A stretch of DNA of 64,000 nt from a virus: positions 32,001 to 96,000 of IMG/VR virus record IMGVR_UViG_3300047470_000212. One strand, given 5' to 3'. The position numbers and the translations under genes are program-made. Numbering within the stretch: position 1 is the stretch's first letter; each line of letters begins with the position of its first letter. Positions 1 through 8,352 of this stretch are shown here, in pieces. The notes beneath the pieces are model-generated. The model had not been told where the DNA came from. It worked only from the letters and a program-made list of their open reading frames with translations, and searched no databases.

Positions 1-452
1 CTGTAGAAGGAGTCATGGTGGCCGCCCTCGTGCGTGTAGGCGCGGTCGACCTGGGCTGCCAGAGCCTTGTGCGCGCTGTCGGGGGTGACACCGAACTTGG
101 CCGCCGAGCGCAGCACGCGGGTCTGCTCGGCTGGGGTGTGGTCCTCCCACCTACGGTTGACCGGCATCATGTCCCGGGCGGGGTTCATGGTGTGCTGGCC
201 GTGCCAGACGTTCGAGCCCTCGGGGCCCGCCAGTTCCATCTGTCCGTGGACGTTCGGGGACTTGTCGGTGTTGCCCATCAGCCGGTACGACTGCTTGGCG
301 TTGCGACCGGCGCCGGGCTGGTCCTGGATGGTCTTGAACCGCTCGGGGTTGGCGGCCTCGTAGGACGCGCGCTTAAGCGAGGCGTCCTTGACGGTCTTGT
401 TGTAGACGCGTGTATCGGCAGCCTTCTGTGCCGGTGTTTTCGCAGCAGCCAT
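1..452 (-). CDS. Hypothetical phage protein (partial, runs off the left edge)
   Basis: ATG at 452 preceded by GGAGG; frame MAAAKTPAQKAADTRVYNK... open to position 1; not in the ORF track. Confidence 0.75.
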   Translation of the reverse strand, partial: MAAAKTPAQKAADTRVYNKTVKDASLKRASYEAANPERFKTIQDQPGAGRNAKQSYRLMGNTDKSPNVHGQMELAGPEGSNVWHGQHTMNPARDMMPVNRRWEDHTPAEQTRVLRSAAKFGVTPDSAHKALAAQVDRAYTHEGGHHDSFY

Positions 453-456
453 CGGG

Positions 457-1014
457 CTACCTCCACTGATCGGGGCTGTTGTATGGAGACGCCGAGGGGA
501 GCAGCTTCTTCATCCGCTCGGAGCGCACTGGGTCGATGTCGGCCATGACCTCGGAGATGCCGTACTTCTGCTGGAGCGTGGCCATTTCAGACGGGGACAG
601 GGCGTTGACCTTGCCGCCGTGGGCCAGGCGCTCGGTGACGTTGCCCTGCTGGGTCCACTTGAGGCCTCGGGCCTGGTAGACGAGTCCGGCCTGGGGGTTG
701 ACCCCTCCGGCGTCGGGCCACATGTAGTCCCCGGCGTCGATCTTGTCTCCCTTGTGGACACCGCGTTGATAGCTGCGGTCGGTCAGGCGCTTCTGCACGC
801 CCTGGAGCACTCGGTCCTGGCGCCGGTCATTGATGGTGCCGAGGTAGCCGTCGGGGTATTCCGCCGACGGGACGCGTCCGCCCATGGCAGCGCGCCGGGC
901 GTCGAGTGAATCGCGGAAGGAGAGCGCATCTGTTCCGGCTCCTCCGTTCGCGCGCACTGGTGCGCCCGGCTGCCCAATTCCATATGGCGTGGCGTACTGC
1001 CAGTTGCTGGACAC
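457..1014 (-). CDS. Hypothetical phage protein
   Basis: 185-aa ORF, GC3-rich codons, tightly packed in the operon. Confidence 0.75.
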   Translation of the reverse strand: MSSNWQYATPYGIGQPGAPVRANGGAGTDALSFRDSLDARRAAMGGRVPSAEYPDGYLGTINDRRQDRVLQGVQKRLTDRSYQRGVHKGDKIDAGDYMWPDAGGVNPQAGLVYQARGLKWTQQGNVTERLAHGGKVNALSPSEMATLQQKYGISEVMADIDPVRSERMKKLLPSASPYNSPDQWR

Positions 1015-1031
1015 TGCTGCCTACTTCTGGG

Positions 1032-1373
1032 TCAGAGCCCCTGTCGGTACTGGCGCCGGAGGTAGAAGTCGCGGTTTCCGATAGCGGAGGGGACCACGAC
1101 GGTGTTGCGCTGGACGAGGCCTGCCTCGGCCGCGTTCGCCTGGTAAAGGACTGCGGTCGGACGCAGGGATGCGCCGTTGCGCTCCAGGATGTTCGGTCGG
1201 TGGGTGGCGGTAGCCGCCTCCAGGAATCCGCCCTTGGCCTGGTTCTTCTTCGGGACGGACCGGCCCTTGATGGGCTTGGCCACATTCCCGACTCGGGACG
1301 CATCGGTTCCCATAGTCGGCCGCAGCGACGGGTCATTCGTCGTCACGGTGTTGTCGCTCTTGTTCTTCGCCAC
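1032..1373 (-). CDS. Hypothetical basic phage protein
   Basis: GTG at 1373 after an AAGGAG RBS. Confidence 0.7.
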   Translation of the reverse strand: MAKNKSDNTVTTNDPSLRPTMGTDASRVGNVAKPIKGRSVPKKNQAKGGFLEAATATHRPNILERNGASLRPTAVLYQANAAEAGLVQRNTVVVPSAIGNRDFYLRRQYRQGL

Positions 1374-1383
1374 TTCTGGCTCC

Positions 1384-1662
1384 TTATCCGCCGATGGTTC
1401 GGTACGGGTTCTTGTCGATCCACAGCCGCTTGTCGTACGTCTGCGACGAGGAACCATTCGGGGAAGGGGCCGAGCCCCCGCCTATGCGCCTACGGTCGTA
1501 GTCGTTGCCGGACAGCCCATTGCTTGAGCCGCGCACCTGCGTCTCGTCAAAGACAGAGGTAGGCGTGAATCGCTGGGGCCGGATCGGCAGGGTCGACGGG
1601 TACTTTGTCTCCATTGCACCGGTCGAGAAGGATCCATTCCTTCCGTCCGTTACACCGTTCAT
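1384..1662 (-). CDS. Hypothetical phage protein
   Basis: 92-aa ORF with GGAGG RBS. Confidence 0.65.
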   Translation of the reverse strand: MNGVTDGRNGSFSTGAMETKYPSTLPIRPQRFTPTSVFDETQVRGSSNGLSGNDYDRRRIGGGSAPSPNGSSSQTYDKRLWIDKNPYRTIGG

Positions 1663-1720
1663 TTCGCCTCCACAGGATCATCCCCAGTGTAAAGACGGAA
1701 TGGCGGCGGATTAGAACTCA

Positions 1721-2020
1721 TCAGTGGACGAGGATCCGCAGCAGAAGCGCGCTGATTTCCCCGGCGTCGGGGGTGTTCACCGTGGTGAATCCGGGTCGGC
1801 AGTCGAGCACGATTCCCCGGGGCGCCACAAAACTGTTGGCGATGGCGATTGCCTTCATGGCCTGGTTTACTGCACCGGCACCGATGGCTCGCAGGGTGAC
1901 TCTCTTACCGTCATAGACGGCGTGCGAGATGGCGCTGGCAAGGCTGGCTGCGGACGAGGATGACTTGACCCGCAGGATGGCCTCGCTACTCGCGGACTCG
2001 TCGTCGAACTGAACTCCCAT
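1721..2020 (-). CDS. spoVS: SpoVS-family (Alba-like) nucleic-acid-binding protein
   Basis: LRVKSSS..ASLASAI...RAIGAGAVNQAMKAIAIA..F...G....C.PGF matches the SpoVS signature. Confidence 0.88.
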   Translation of the reverse strand: MGVQFDDESASSEAILRVKSSSSAASLASAISHAVYDGKRVTLRAIGAGAVNQAMKAIAIANSFVAPRGIVLDCRPGFTTVNTPDAGEISALLLRILVH

Positions 2021-2094
2021 TAGTGTCTCCTGTTGCTCCGATTTGCGTCACATTTTGAGAATACGGAGCAGCAGGAATCTTGTGTTAATGACAA

Positions 2095-2128
2095 CAGGCC
2101 CCGGGGCGTCGTCTCCACCCGGGGCCTG
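2095..2128 (-). terminator. Intrinsic terminator-like hairpin
   Basis: CAGGCCCCGGG/CCCGGGGCCTG stem downstream of the Endo VII gene. Confidence 0.6.
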
Positions 2129-2143
2129 CTGCGCTATTAGTTG

Positions 2144-2551
2144 TTACTTCTGGGAGATCCAGCGTCCGATTTCCTGCGCCGGAGGCTTTTCGAGGTAGAC
2201 CTTGGCTCGGGTGAAGAACTCCGGGTCGTCCCGTGCGTGGCCGAGCAGGTCATTGCACGGCCGACATAGAAGTCCTCGAACCAGCAGAGTCTTGTGGTCA
2301 TGGTCGACGGACAGGCGCCGGGTGGCACCGGTTGCTCTGCGGCAGATTGCGCACCGGCCGCCCTGGGCCTCATACAGGGTGGTGTAGTCACCCTCACCGA
2401 GTCCGTAGGTGGTCTGTACGCGCTTCTCGTGCGCGGCCTTGCTTCGGCGCTTCTTCTCGTCGCGCCAGTGGGTGGCGCACCGGGGGCCGGGGTTGGGCGC
2501 TGGGCGCTTGCTCCCCGGCTCACAGTCCTTGCAGACCTTGGGGGTGGTCAC
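2144..2551 (-). CDS. Recombination endonuclease VII
   Basis: YGL...Y..L...QGGRCAIC...LSVDHDH....VRGLLCRPCN..LG; GTGA overlap with the upstream stop. Confidence 0.9.
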   Translation of the reverse strand: MTTPKVCKDCEPGSKRPAPNPGPRCATHWRDEKKRRSKAAHEKRVQTTYGLGEGDYTTLYEAQGGRCAICRRATGATRRLSVDHDHKTLLVRGLLCRPCNDLLGHARDDPEFFTRAKVYLEKPPAQEIGRWISQK

Positions 2552-3150
2552 GCGAGGGCCAGGATGTCCCTGACCTTGGTATGAAGGTCGGTCAGGTCGC
2601 CGTCGTTCTTGATGTGGGCGTCGAACCACTTGTCCGGGAGTTCCTTCTCCGACTTGTGGTCGTTGACCGCGCCGACGCCGGGCCGGGTGACCTTGATGAG
2701 CAGGCCGAGACGGCTGTCGATGGCGTGGTGCTCGTTCTCGAACCGCAGGTCGGTGAACACGTACTTCTTCTTGTCGTCCAGGTCCTTGAAGGCGGCGTTG
2801 ACCCACACGTCCTGGCTGATCATTTCCCGGCCGACCTCGGTACCCAGGACCTGGAGCATCCGGCGGATCTCCTCGTAGCGTCGCTTGGCATCCTCCCAGC
2901 CGATGTCGTCCACGATCTCCTGGAGGGACCAGGTACGGCCATCGGCATCGGAGAGGATGACGGGGTTGAGGACGTACAGGGCCTCGCGCAGGATGTCGGC
3001 GAAGGCGACGCGGTTGTATCCGTAGTCGGCCAGGATGCGGGCGACGGAGTCCTTACCGGCGCCCGGGTAGCCGTGGAGTCCGACGAACTGCGGAAGCCAG
3101 GCCTCAATGATGTCGGGGGCGTCGATGGTGTTGGTGGTGGCGGTGCTCAC
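2548..3150 (-). CDS. Deoxynucleoside monophosphate kinase
   Basis: GLHGYPGAGKDS P-loop, AFAD.LRE, R..LQ.LGTEVGR, TDLRFENE, H.SE. Confidence 0.88.
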   Translation of the reverse strand: MSTATTNTIDAPDIIEAWLPQFVGLHGYPGAGKDSVARILADYGYNRVAFADILREALYVLNPVILSDADGRTWSLQEIVDDIGWEDAKRRYEEIRRMLQVLGTEVGREMISQDVWVNAAFKDLDDKKKYVFTDLRFENEHHAIDSRLGLLIKVTRPGVGAVNDHKSEKELPDKWFDAHIKNDGDLTDLHTKVRDILALA

Positions 3151-3497
3151 TTGTTCTCTCCAGTGATGTTGCGGATGTGGTCGCGGACGAGGGGGATGTC
3201 CCAGAGCGCCTTGCGGGCGTTGTCCACGGTCGTGTTGCGCTTGTTCTCCAGGCGGACGAGGGTGTCGAACTGGCCCTTCCACGCGCCGGTCATCCAGTCC
3301 GTCTTCTCGATCAGCGGGGTGACTCTGCTGACCACTTCGAGGACCTGGTCCTCGGTCTCCTTGAGGCGCTTTCGCTCGGCTTCGAGTTCGGCGATCTTCT
3401 CGTCGAGTACGGCCCGGGTCTTGATCAGGCTGCAACCGGCGTATAGGACGAGCGCGCTGTAGACGGTGGCGCCGAAGACGAGGACGTAGTTGTTCAT
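3147..3497 (-). CDS. Membrane-anchored coiled-coil protein
   Basis: N-terminal hydrophobic segment then coiled coil; overlapping start/stop. Confidence 0.65.
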   Translation of the reverse strand: MNNYVLVFGATVYSALVLYAGCSLIKTRAVLDEKIAELEAERKRLKETEDQVLEVVSRVTPLIEKTDWMTGAWKGQFDTLVRLENKRNTTVDNARKALWDIPLVRDHIRNITGENK

Positions 3498-3652
3498 CGG
3501 TGCATCAAGCACCGGGCGGGCACATCCTTGACCGGCGCGAGTCCGTACCACGAGCAGGGTGCCGAGGCGCGGAACCAGATGCTTCCCAGCACGAGGGCGG
3601 CGAGGGCGGTGCCGACCAGGATGCCGAAGGCGGAGTCAGTGCGTCTGCTCAT
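3494..3652 (-). CDS. Small membrane protein (52 aa)
   Basis: MSRRTDSAFGILVGTALAALVLGSIW...; TGATG and ATGA overlaps on both sides. Confidence 0.6.
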   Translation of the reverse strand: MSRRTDSAFGILVGTALAALVLGSIWFRASAPCSWYGLAPVKDVPARCLMHR

Positions 3653-4359
3653 CAGGGAGCAACCCTTCCGTTCTTGACGAAGGCTTCGTAGGTGAGCGGG
3701 AAGTGCTCGGCGAAGGCGACTTCCATGTCCAGGGCCACGCGCTCGATCTCCTCCTGCGGGAAGGACTTGAACGCGGAGTCGTCGGTCTTGGTCCGCAGGG
3801 ACAGGAAGTGCATCAGTGAGCGCGGGTTCGCCGTGGCGTAGAAGGAGGTGAAGAGTCCGACCGGCAGGACGTTGCGGGCGACCTCGCGGGCGATACCGGC
3901 TCTGAGCATCTGCTGGTAGTGGCTGTATGCCGCGTTGTAGACCACGCTCATGGAGTGCTCGGCGCTGAGGTACTGCTCGTCGCTGCCCTGGATGAACTCG
4001 TACTCGCCGGGCTTGCCCTGCTGCACCAGCGGGCGGTAGCGGCCGGGGATGTAGAAGACGGGGTCCAGTTCCTTGTATCTGCCCGAAGTTTCGTTGTAAC
4101 TCCAGCCAGCGCGGTGCCTCATGAACTCGCGGGCCACGAAGATCGGCGCCTCGACGAGGAAGGACAGTTGGCCGTGCTCGAACGGGCTGCCGTGCCGGTT
4201 CTTCATCAGGTAGTTGATCAGGCCCCGGGCCTCTCCCGATTCCGCCGCAGCGGAGCCGAGGGTGGAGACGCGGGCCGCCTGGCAGATCTTCGCGTCGCTA
4301 CCGGCCAGGTTCTCCTGGTCGAGCGCGGCGGAGACGGAGGAGCGGAAGGTCACGGGCAT
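3652..4359 (-). CDS. thyX: Flavin-dependent thymidylate synthase
   Basis: HGSPFEH, APIFVAREFMRHR..WSYNETSGRY, EVARNVLP, NPRSLMHFLSLR. Confidence 0.96.
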   Translation of the reverse strand: MPVTFRSSVSAALDQENLAGSDAKICQAARVSTLGSAAAESGEARGLINYLMKNRHGSPFEHGQLSFLVEAPIFVAREFMRHRAGWSYNETSGRYKELDPVFYIPGRYRPLVQQGKPGEYEFIQGSDEQYLSAEHSMSVVYNAAYSHYQQMLRAGIAREVARNVLPVGLFTSFYATANPRSLMHFLSLRTKTDDSAFKSFPQEEIERVALDMEVAFAEHFPLTYEAFVKNGRVAP

Positions 4360-4366
4360 GTGGTGG

Positions 4367-4792
4367 TCAGTCCCCTTCGTAGGACGAGTAAGCGCTGAGT
4401 GGGATTCCGAAGCGGGGGCCGTAGGGGGTCTCAACCGTTCCTCCGGCCGCGAGTGCTTCCTTCTTGGAGATACGAAACACCATCTCGCGATGGTTGTCAA
4501 CGTACTCAATCCAATCCGTTGACAAGCGGATTCCAGGCATCTCGGTGTCGAGGTCGTACAGGACGTAGCCCTCCCACCGGACGGACTGCTCCGAGACGCC
4601 GACGTGCTGGTACAGCCGCAGCATCCAGTCGAACTGCCCGACCTTGTAGAGGTGGTCGCCCTGGCGCACGTAGACCGGATCGCGGTAGTTGGACAGGCAC
4701 GTGCGGGGCGCCCCGGCCCGGAAGGAGTTACGCCACTCCCACGGCGGCCGGGGCTGCTCCACGTGTGTCACCTTGCGGCGTACGCGCCTCAT
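4367..4792 (-). CDS. Hypothetical phage protein
   Basis: 141-aa ORF, ATGA overlap with the upstream gene. Confidence 0.65.
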   Translation of the reverse strand: MRRVRRKVTHVEQPRPPWEWRNSFRAGAPRTCLSNYRDPVYVRQGDHLYKVGQFDWMLRLYQHVGVSEQSVRWEGYVLYDLDTEMPGIRLSTDWIEYVDNHREMVFRISKKEALAAGGTVETPYGPRFGIPLSAYSSYEGD

Positions 4793-5298
4793 GCGTTCAT
4801 CCGCCCGGCGCGGTTCTCCCGGTCTCCCCGGCCGACCCTGCGCGTCAGTTCACGGCTCAGGAGGGTGTTCTTGCGGTCGGCGGAGTCGTAGACGGCCTGG
4901 AGCATCTTCCGGTAGGCGTAGGCGGCCGTCTTGGCCTCCTGGGCCGCCACGTACTCCGGGTCCTCGTACGCCATCGCCTTGGCCGCCGTCACGGTTTTCT
5001 GGTTGGAGTTCCGGACGGCGGACAGGGCCTTATGCGCTTCGAGTGTGTCGACGGACGACTTTTCGTCCACCTCCGCTGCTGCCAGACGGGCTCCCGTGTA
5101 CTCCACCCACGACGTCGTTCTGGCGAACAGGCTCATCAGGGCGCCGTCGCTTAGTTCGGTGGGATCCTCCGGAAGTTCGGGCACGTCGCCCGGCGGCTTC
5201 GGGGGCAGGTACAGGTCCTCGCGCTCCAGTCTCCTGGTCGCCTTCTGGCTGGGCGTCTGTACCGCTTCCCAGCCCTTCCTCGCTACTGCTCGCGCCAT
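4789..5298 (-). CDS. Hypothetical helical phage protein
   Basis: 169-aa ORF with GC3-rich codons. Confidence 0.7.
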   Translation of the reverse strand: MARAVARKGWEAVQTPSQKATRRLEREDLYLPPKPPGDVPELPEDPTELSDGALMSLFARTTSWVEYTGARLAAAEVDEKSSVDTLEAHKALSAVRNSNQKTVTAAKAMAYEDPEYVAAQEAKTAAYAYRKMLQAVYDSADRKNTLLSRELTRRVGRGDRENRAGRMNA

Positions 5299-6232
5299 CG
5301 GTGGCGGTCTCCCAACAGGTCGAAAAGAACGGACAGTCCTTGCAGGTCTTCTTGTCGACCCCGCAGAACTCCGGCCGTGGTGGTGGCTTGCCCTTCTTGA
5401 GGGCGTACTTGACGTCCAGAGCGGACTCGAACAGCGGCTCGGCGATCTCCGGGTTGTACTTGACGACGAACTCCTTGTGCGCCTGCGTCGCCTTGTACTC
5501 GTAGAGGAAGATCACCTTGTCGAAGGGCAGACCCATCTCCTTGCACAGCCGGAGGTAGATCTGGGTCTGGCGGATGTGGCTGCCGAAGGGGCGCCGGAGC
5601 GACTTCCACAGACCGTCGGTGTCGATGACGGTCTTGCCGTCCTCGGTCTTCACGGTGAACTGCCGCAGCAGCTCGGGCTGGTCGAACCGAACGGTGCCGT
5701 TACCGATGGACTTGATCTCCACCAGGGCGTTCAGGTCCTCGATGGCGCCGTCCTCGTGCCCGGCTATCAGGAACTCCGACTCCGCCTCGACGGGCACCTC
5801 GCGGTACTCCAGGGGCTGGCGGGCCTCGCAGTTCTGGCAGTGCAGAATGCCGCCCGTGGCCGTTTCCGACCAGCCGCACTCAGCGCAGCGCCACTTGCCC
5901 CAGAGCCGCCCCATCTGCTGGAGCCACTTCTGCCACTTCGCGTGGATGGCATGGCCCTCTTCGAAGACGGTCTCCAGTTGCGCGGAGAAGTTCCGGCTCT
6001 TCTCGGGGGAAGCCCCCGCCAGCCTGTAGTAGGTCTGACGGGGGCACCAGTCGCTCTTGGCCATCTCCGACGGGTGGATGATGTCCTGCCGCCGGTCGGT
6101 CGGCTTGTCGTGCTCCTCCAGGAGGTGCCGGTGGATGTCGCCGAGCAGGACGTTCTTACTCTTCTTCGTCTCCGCCAGCGACGCGATCCGGCCAGACGGC
6201 TTCAAGGGTTTCCTTGCTCGGGGCACTCTCAA
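5030..6232 (-). CDS. Cas4-like PD-(D/E)XK exonuclease
   Basis: HPSE...WCPRQ.YY, G.AIH, GHEDG...LVEIKS, QTQIY, C-terminal C..C..CPF...C Fe-S cysteines. Confidence 0.85.
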   Translation of the reverse strand: MRVPRARKPLKPSGRIASLAETKKSKNVLLGDIHRHLLEEHDKPTDRRQDIIHPSEMAKSDWCPRQTYYRLAGASPEKSRNFSAQLETVFEEGHAIHAKWQKWLQQMGRLWGKWRCAECGWSETATGGILHCQNCEARQPLEYREVPVEAESEFLIAGHEDGAIEDLNALVEIKSIGNGTVRFDQPELLRQFTVKTEDGKTVIDTDGLWKSLRRPFGSHIRQTQIYLRLCKEMGLPFDKVIFLYEYKATQAHKEFVVKYNPEIAEPLFESALDVKYALKKGKPPPRPEFCGVDKKTCKDCPFFSTCWETATDGASSSEEGLGSGTDAQPEGDQETGARGPVPAPEAAGRRARTSGGSHRTKRRRPDEPVRQNDVVGGVHGSPSGSSGGGRKVVRRHTRSA

Positions 6233-6530
6233 AACTCCACTCGGTCTTGGGCACGAACCTCCGTATGTAGGCCCGCTCCAGGACGTTCAGCCCGCCCCAG
6301 ATTCCGTAGTGCTCGTTGTTGACGAGCGCGAATTCGAGACACTGTTCTCGGAGCGGACAGACCGTTCCGGTATAGGTGCCGTTGCAGATGTGCTTGGCCT
6401 GGGATTCGCTGCCGGTGCCATCTCCGAAGAAGTCGTCGTGCTCCCTCGTGGGCCGGAACTTCCGACAGGCGGCCTCCTTGTCGGGATTGCCACCGCCGTC
6501 CCATTCCGGGGCATTGATGCGAAGGTGCAT
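6156..6530 (-). CDS. whiB: WhiB-family transcription factor
   Basis: AAC...FF...AK.IC...CPLREQCLEFAL...E.YGIWGGL...ER. Confidence 0.92.
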   Translation of the reverse strand: MHLRINAPEWDGGGNPDKEAACRKFRPTREHDDFFGDGTGSESQAKHICNGTYTGTVCPLREQCLEFALVNNEHYGIWGGLNVLERAYIRRFVPKTEWSFESAPSKETLEAVWPDRVAGGDEEE

Positions 6531-6874
6531 TACCAAGGCAGAATCTCCTCCGCATCCATTTCCGGATGCGCCAAAGTATGAAGCGACAGGAAAGTCTCTT
6601 CCGACATCGTGATCCAGTTCCTTCCGCTGGCCATCTGAGTGCCGAAGAGCATTTCCCTGCCGTCGAGGAGGGCCTGCTTCTCTGCGGTGATCAGTTCCTT
6701 GTCCTTGAGCGAATACGACACCTTGCTGGTGACCTTGTATTCGATCGAGTAGTCCGTGGTGCGGACGTCGTTCTTCCGGACCCACCCATTCCCGCTACCT
6801 GCATTTACCGTCCCGCCGAGGAGTTCCGCCCCCCGCCTCTCCTGCTTCTGGCTCTTCTTCAACATGTCCGCCAT
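6530..6874 (-). CDS. Holliday-junction-resolvase-like nuclease
   Basis: SQKQE...A..LGG.....SG.....K.DV.....IEYK.T PD-(D/E)XK pattern. Confidence 0.7.
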   Translation of the reverse strand: MADMLKKSQKQERRGAELLGGTVNAGSGNGWVRKNDVRTTDYSIEYKVTSKVSYSLKDKELITAEKQALLDGREMLFGTQMASGRNWITMSEETFLSLHTLAHPEMDAEEILPW

Positions 6875-7007
6875 AAGAGACCTCCAGAAGCGTGGCGAGG
6901 AGATTGAACTTCTCGTGGGCCCGGCCCTGGCGCCGGGAGTACCGGACGCCAAGGACCAGGATGTAAATGGCTGCTAGACCCAGCAGCACGGAGAGCATGG
7001 CCACCAT
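6795..7007 (-). CDS. Small membrane protein
   Basis: Hydrophobic N-terminus; TGATG overlap with the recA stop. Confidence 0.5.
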   Translation of the reverse strand: MVAMLSVLLGLAAIYILVLGVRYSRRQGRAHEKFNLLATLLEVSYGGHVEEEPEAGEAGGGTPRRDGKCR

Positions 7008-8194
7008 CAGGCGGCCTCGGTATGAAGCCCGTCGGTCTCTTCGGGCTTGGGCCGTCGGCTGACCTTCTTGGTTCCTGCGGTCTGGGCGGCGTCGAGGTCG
7101 TCCTCGGAGATGCTTCGCTCGTCGGCGTGCGTGGACGCGGCCAGGACCTGCTCGTAGAGGTCTTCCTGAAGAGTCAGGTCCTGGCGGAGCCGGTCGAGCA
7201 TGGGCTCCTTGCCCTGCCAGCGCAGAACCGGCTTTCCCTTCTCGTCGAATTCCCCGTTGTCGATCTCGAAGTAGGCGCCCTTGCGCTTGATCACGTCGAA
7301 GAGAATGCCCATGATCATGATTTCCTTGACGGTGTCGAAGTCACCGCGAGCGAAATTCAGGAACGGGGCGGAGCGGAAGTAGGCGTCGATCGTTGCGACC
7401 TGCTGCGGGGCGGCCGACTTGTTCTTGATGGTCTTTACCTTGATGACCTGGCCGACATTTACCTTGCCCTTTCCGGGCCGGGCTTCCTGAATCCACTCGT
7501 CGCGCCGGACTTCCACCCGGGTGTAGAAAGCGTAATTCTTGGCGTTTCCACCGGGAGTCGTGGTCGGCGTACCGTGCGGGGAGAACTTACCGATCGCGTC
7601 GCGGTACTGGTTGATGACGATTCCGAGCAGCGGTCGGTCGTCGGGGTCGGTCATGGACCGCTTGGTCGCGGCGCCGGACTTGCGGAAGAACTTGCCGGTG
7701 AGGCGGGCGCCGAGCGCCATGGTCGCCTCGTCCATGTCCTTCTCGGATTCCTCGTCCGGAATGAGGGCCGGGTAGGAGTCGAGCACGATCATGTCGACCG
7801 AGCGGGACGTCGCGAAGTCGAGCATGGTCTGGTAGGCGAATTCCATGGCCTGGGTCGGGACCACGATGACGCGGTCGTTGTCGACGCCCAGCGCCTCGGC
7901 CTGGTCGGTGTCGTAGTGCTCTGCGGCGATCCACAGGCAGGTGAAGTTCGGGTCCTTCTTCTGGTTGGCGGCCAGCGTCTTGTAGACGATGAACGTCTTG
8001 CCGTGGGACTCGCGGCCGATGACCTCGACCCACTGGTTGCCCGGCCAGCCGCCACCGAGGGCGATGTCCAGGGAGAGGGAGCCGGAGGTGAACCGCTTGG
8101 CCACCTTCATCTCGGAGGCGAAGCAGACGGCGCCTGCACCGTGCTCCTTGTTGACCTTGGCGATGAGAGCGAGGGCGTCCTTGTTGATGCTCAA
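7007..8194 (-). CDS. recA: RecA-family recombinase
   Basis: SGSLSLDIALGGG.P, GRESHGKT Walker A, IVLDS, INQYRD.IG, TTPGG.A..Y. Confidence 0.95.
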   Translation of the reverse strand: MSINKDALALIAKVNKEHGAGAVCFASEMKVAKRFTSGSLSLDIALGGGWPGNQWVEVIGRESHGKTFIVYKTLAANQKKDPNFTCLWIAAEHYDTDQAEALGVDNDRVIVVPTQAMEFAYQTMLDFATSRSVDMIVLDSYPALIPDEESEKDMDEATMALGARLTGKFFRKSGAATKRSMTDPDDRPLLGIVINQYRDAIGKFSPHGTPTTTPGGNAKNYAFYTRVEVRRDEWIQEARPGKGKVNVGQVIKVKTIKNKSAAPQQVATIDAYFRSAPFLNFARGDFDTVKEIMIMGILFDVIKRKGAYFEIDNGEFDEKGKPVLRWQGKEPMLDRLRQDLTLQEDLYEQVLAASTHADERSISEDDLDAAQTAGTKKVSRRPKPEETDGLHTEAA

Positions 8195-8223
8195 CAGGGG
8201 CCCCCGTAGGTATGAAGTCGCAT
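8191..8223 (-). CDS. 10-aa leader ORF MRLHTYGGPC, overlapping the recA start
   Basis: AGGAG RBS 9 nt before the ATG; TGA overlaps the recA TTG (TTGA); contains in-frame CTT-CAT-ACC. Confidence 0.55.
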   Translation of the reverse strand: MRLHTYGGPC

Positions 8224-8267
8224 GTGGTGTTACTCCTGATCCGATAACGGCAATGCCGTAACGAAGA

Positions 8268-8308
8268 ACCGGTAGTCCCTATACCGTAATGGTGAAGGAA
8301 CTACCGGT
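8268..8308. terminator. Hairpin between nrdJ and recA
   Basis: ACCGGTAGT...ACTACCGGT inverted repeat. Confidence 0.45.
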
Positions 8309-8352
8309 CCACTCATGTATCAACTAGTCAGAGCAAGATCTTTTGGGAAGTT

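Noticed and set aside
5030-6232. Cas4-like gene as evidence of CRISPR-Cas
   Set aside because: No repeat-spacer array or other cas genes; solo Cas4-like nucleases are common in phages.
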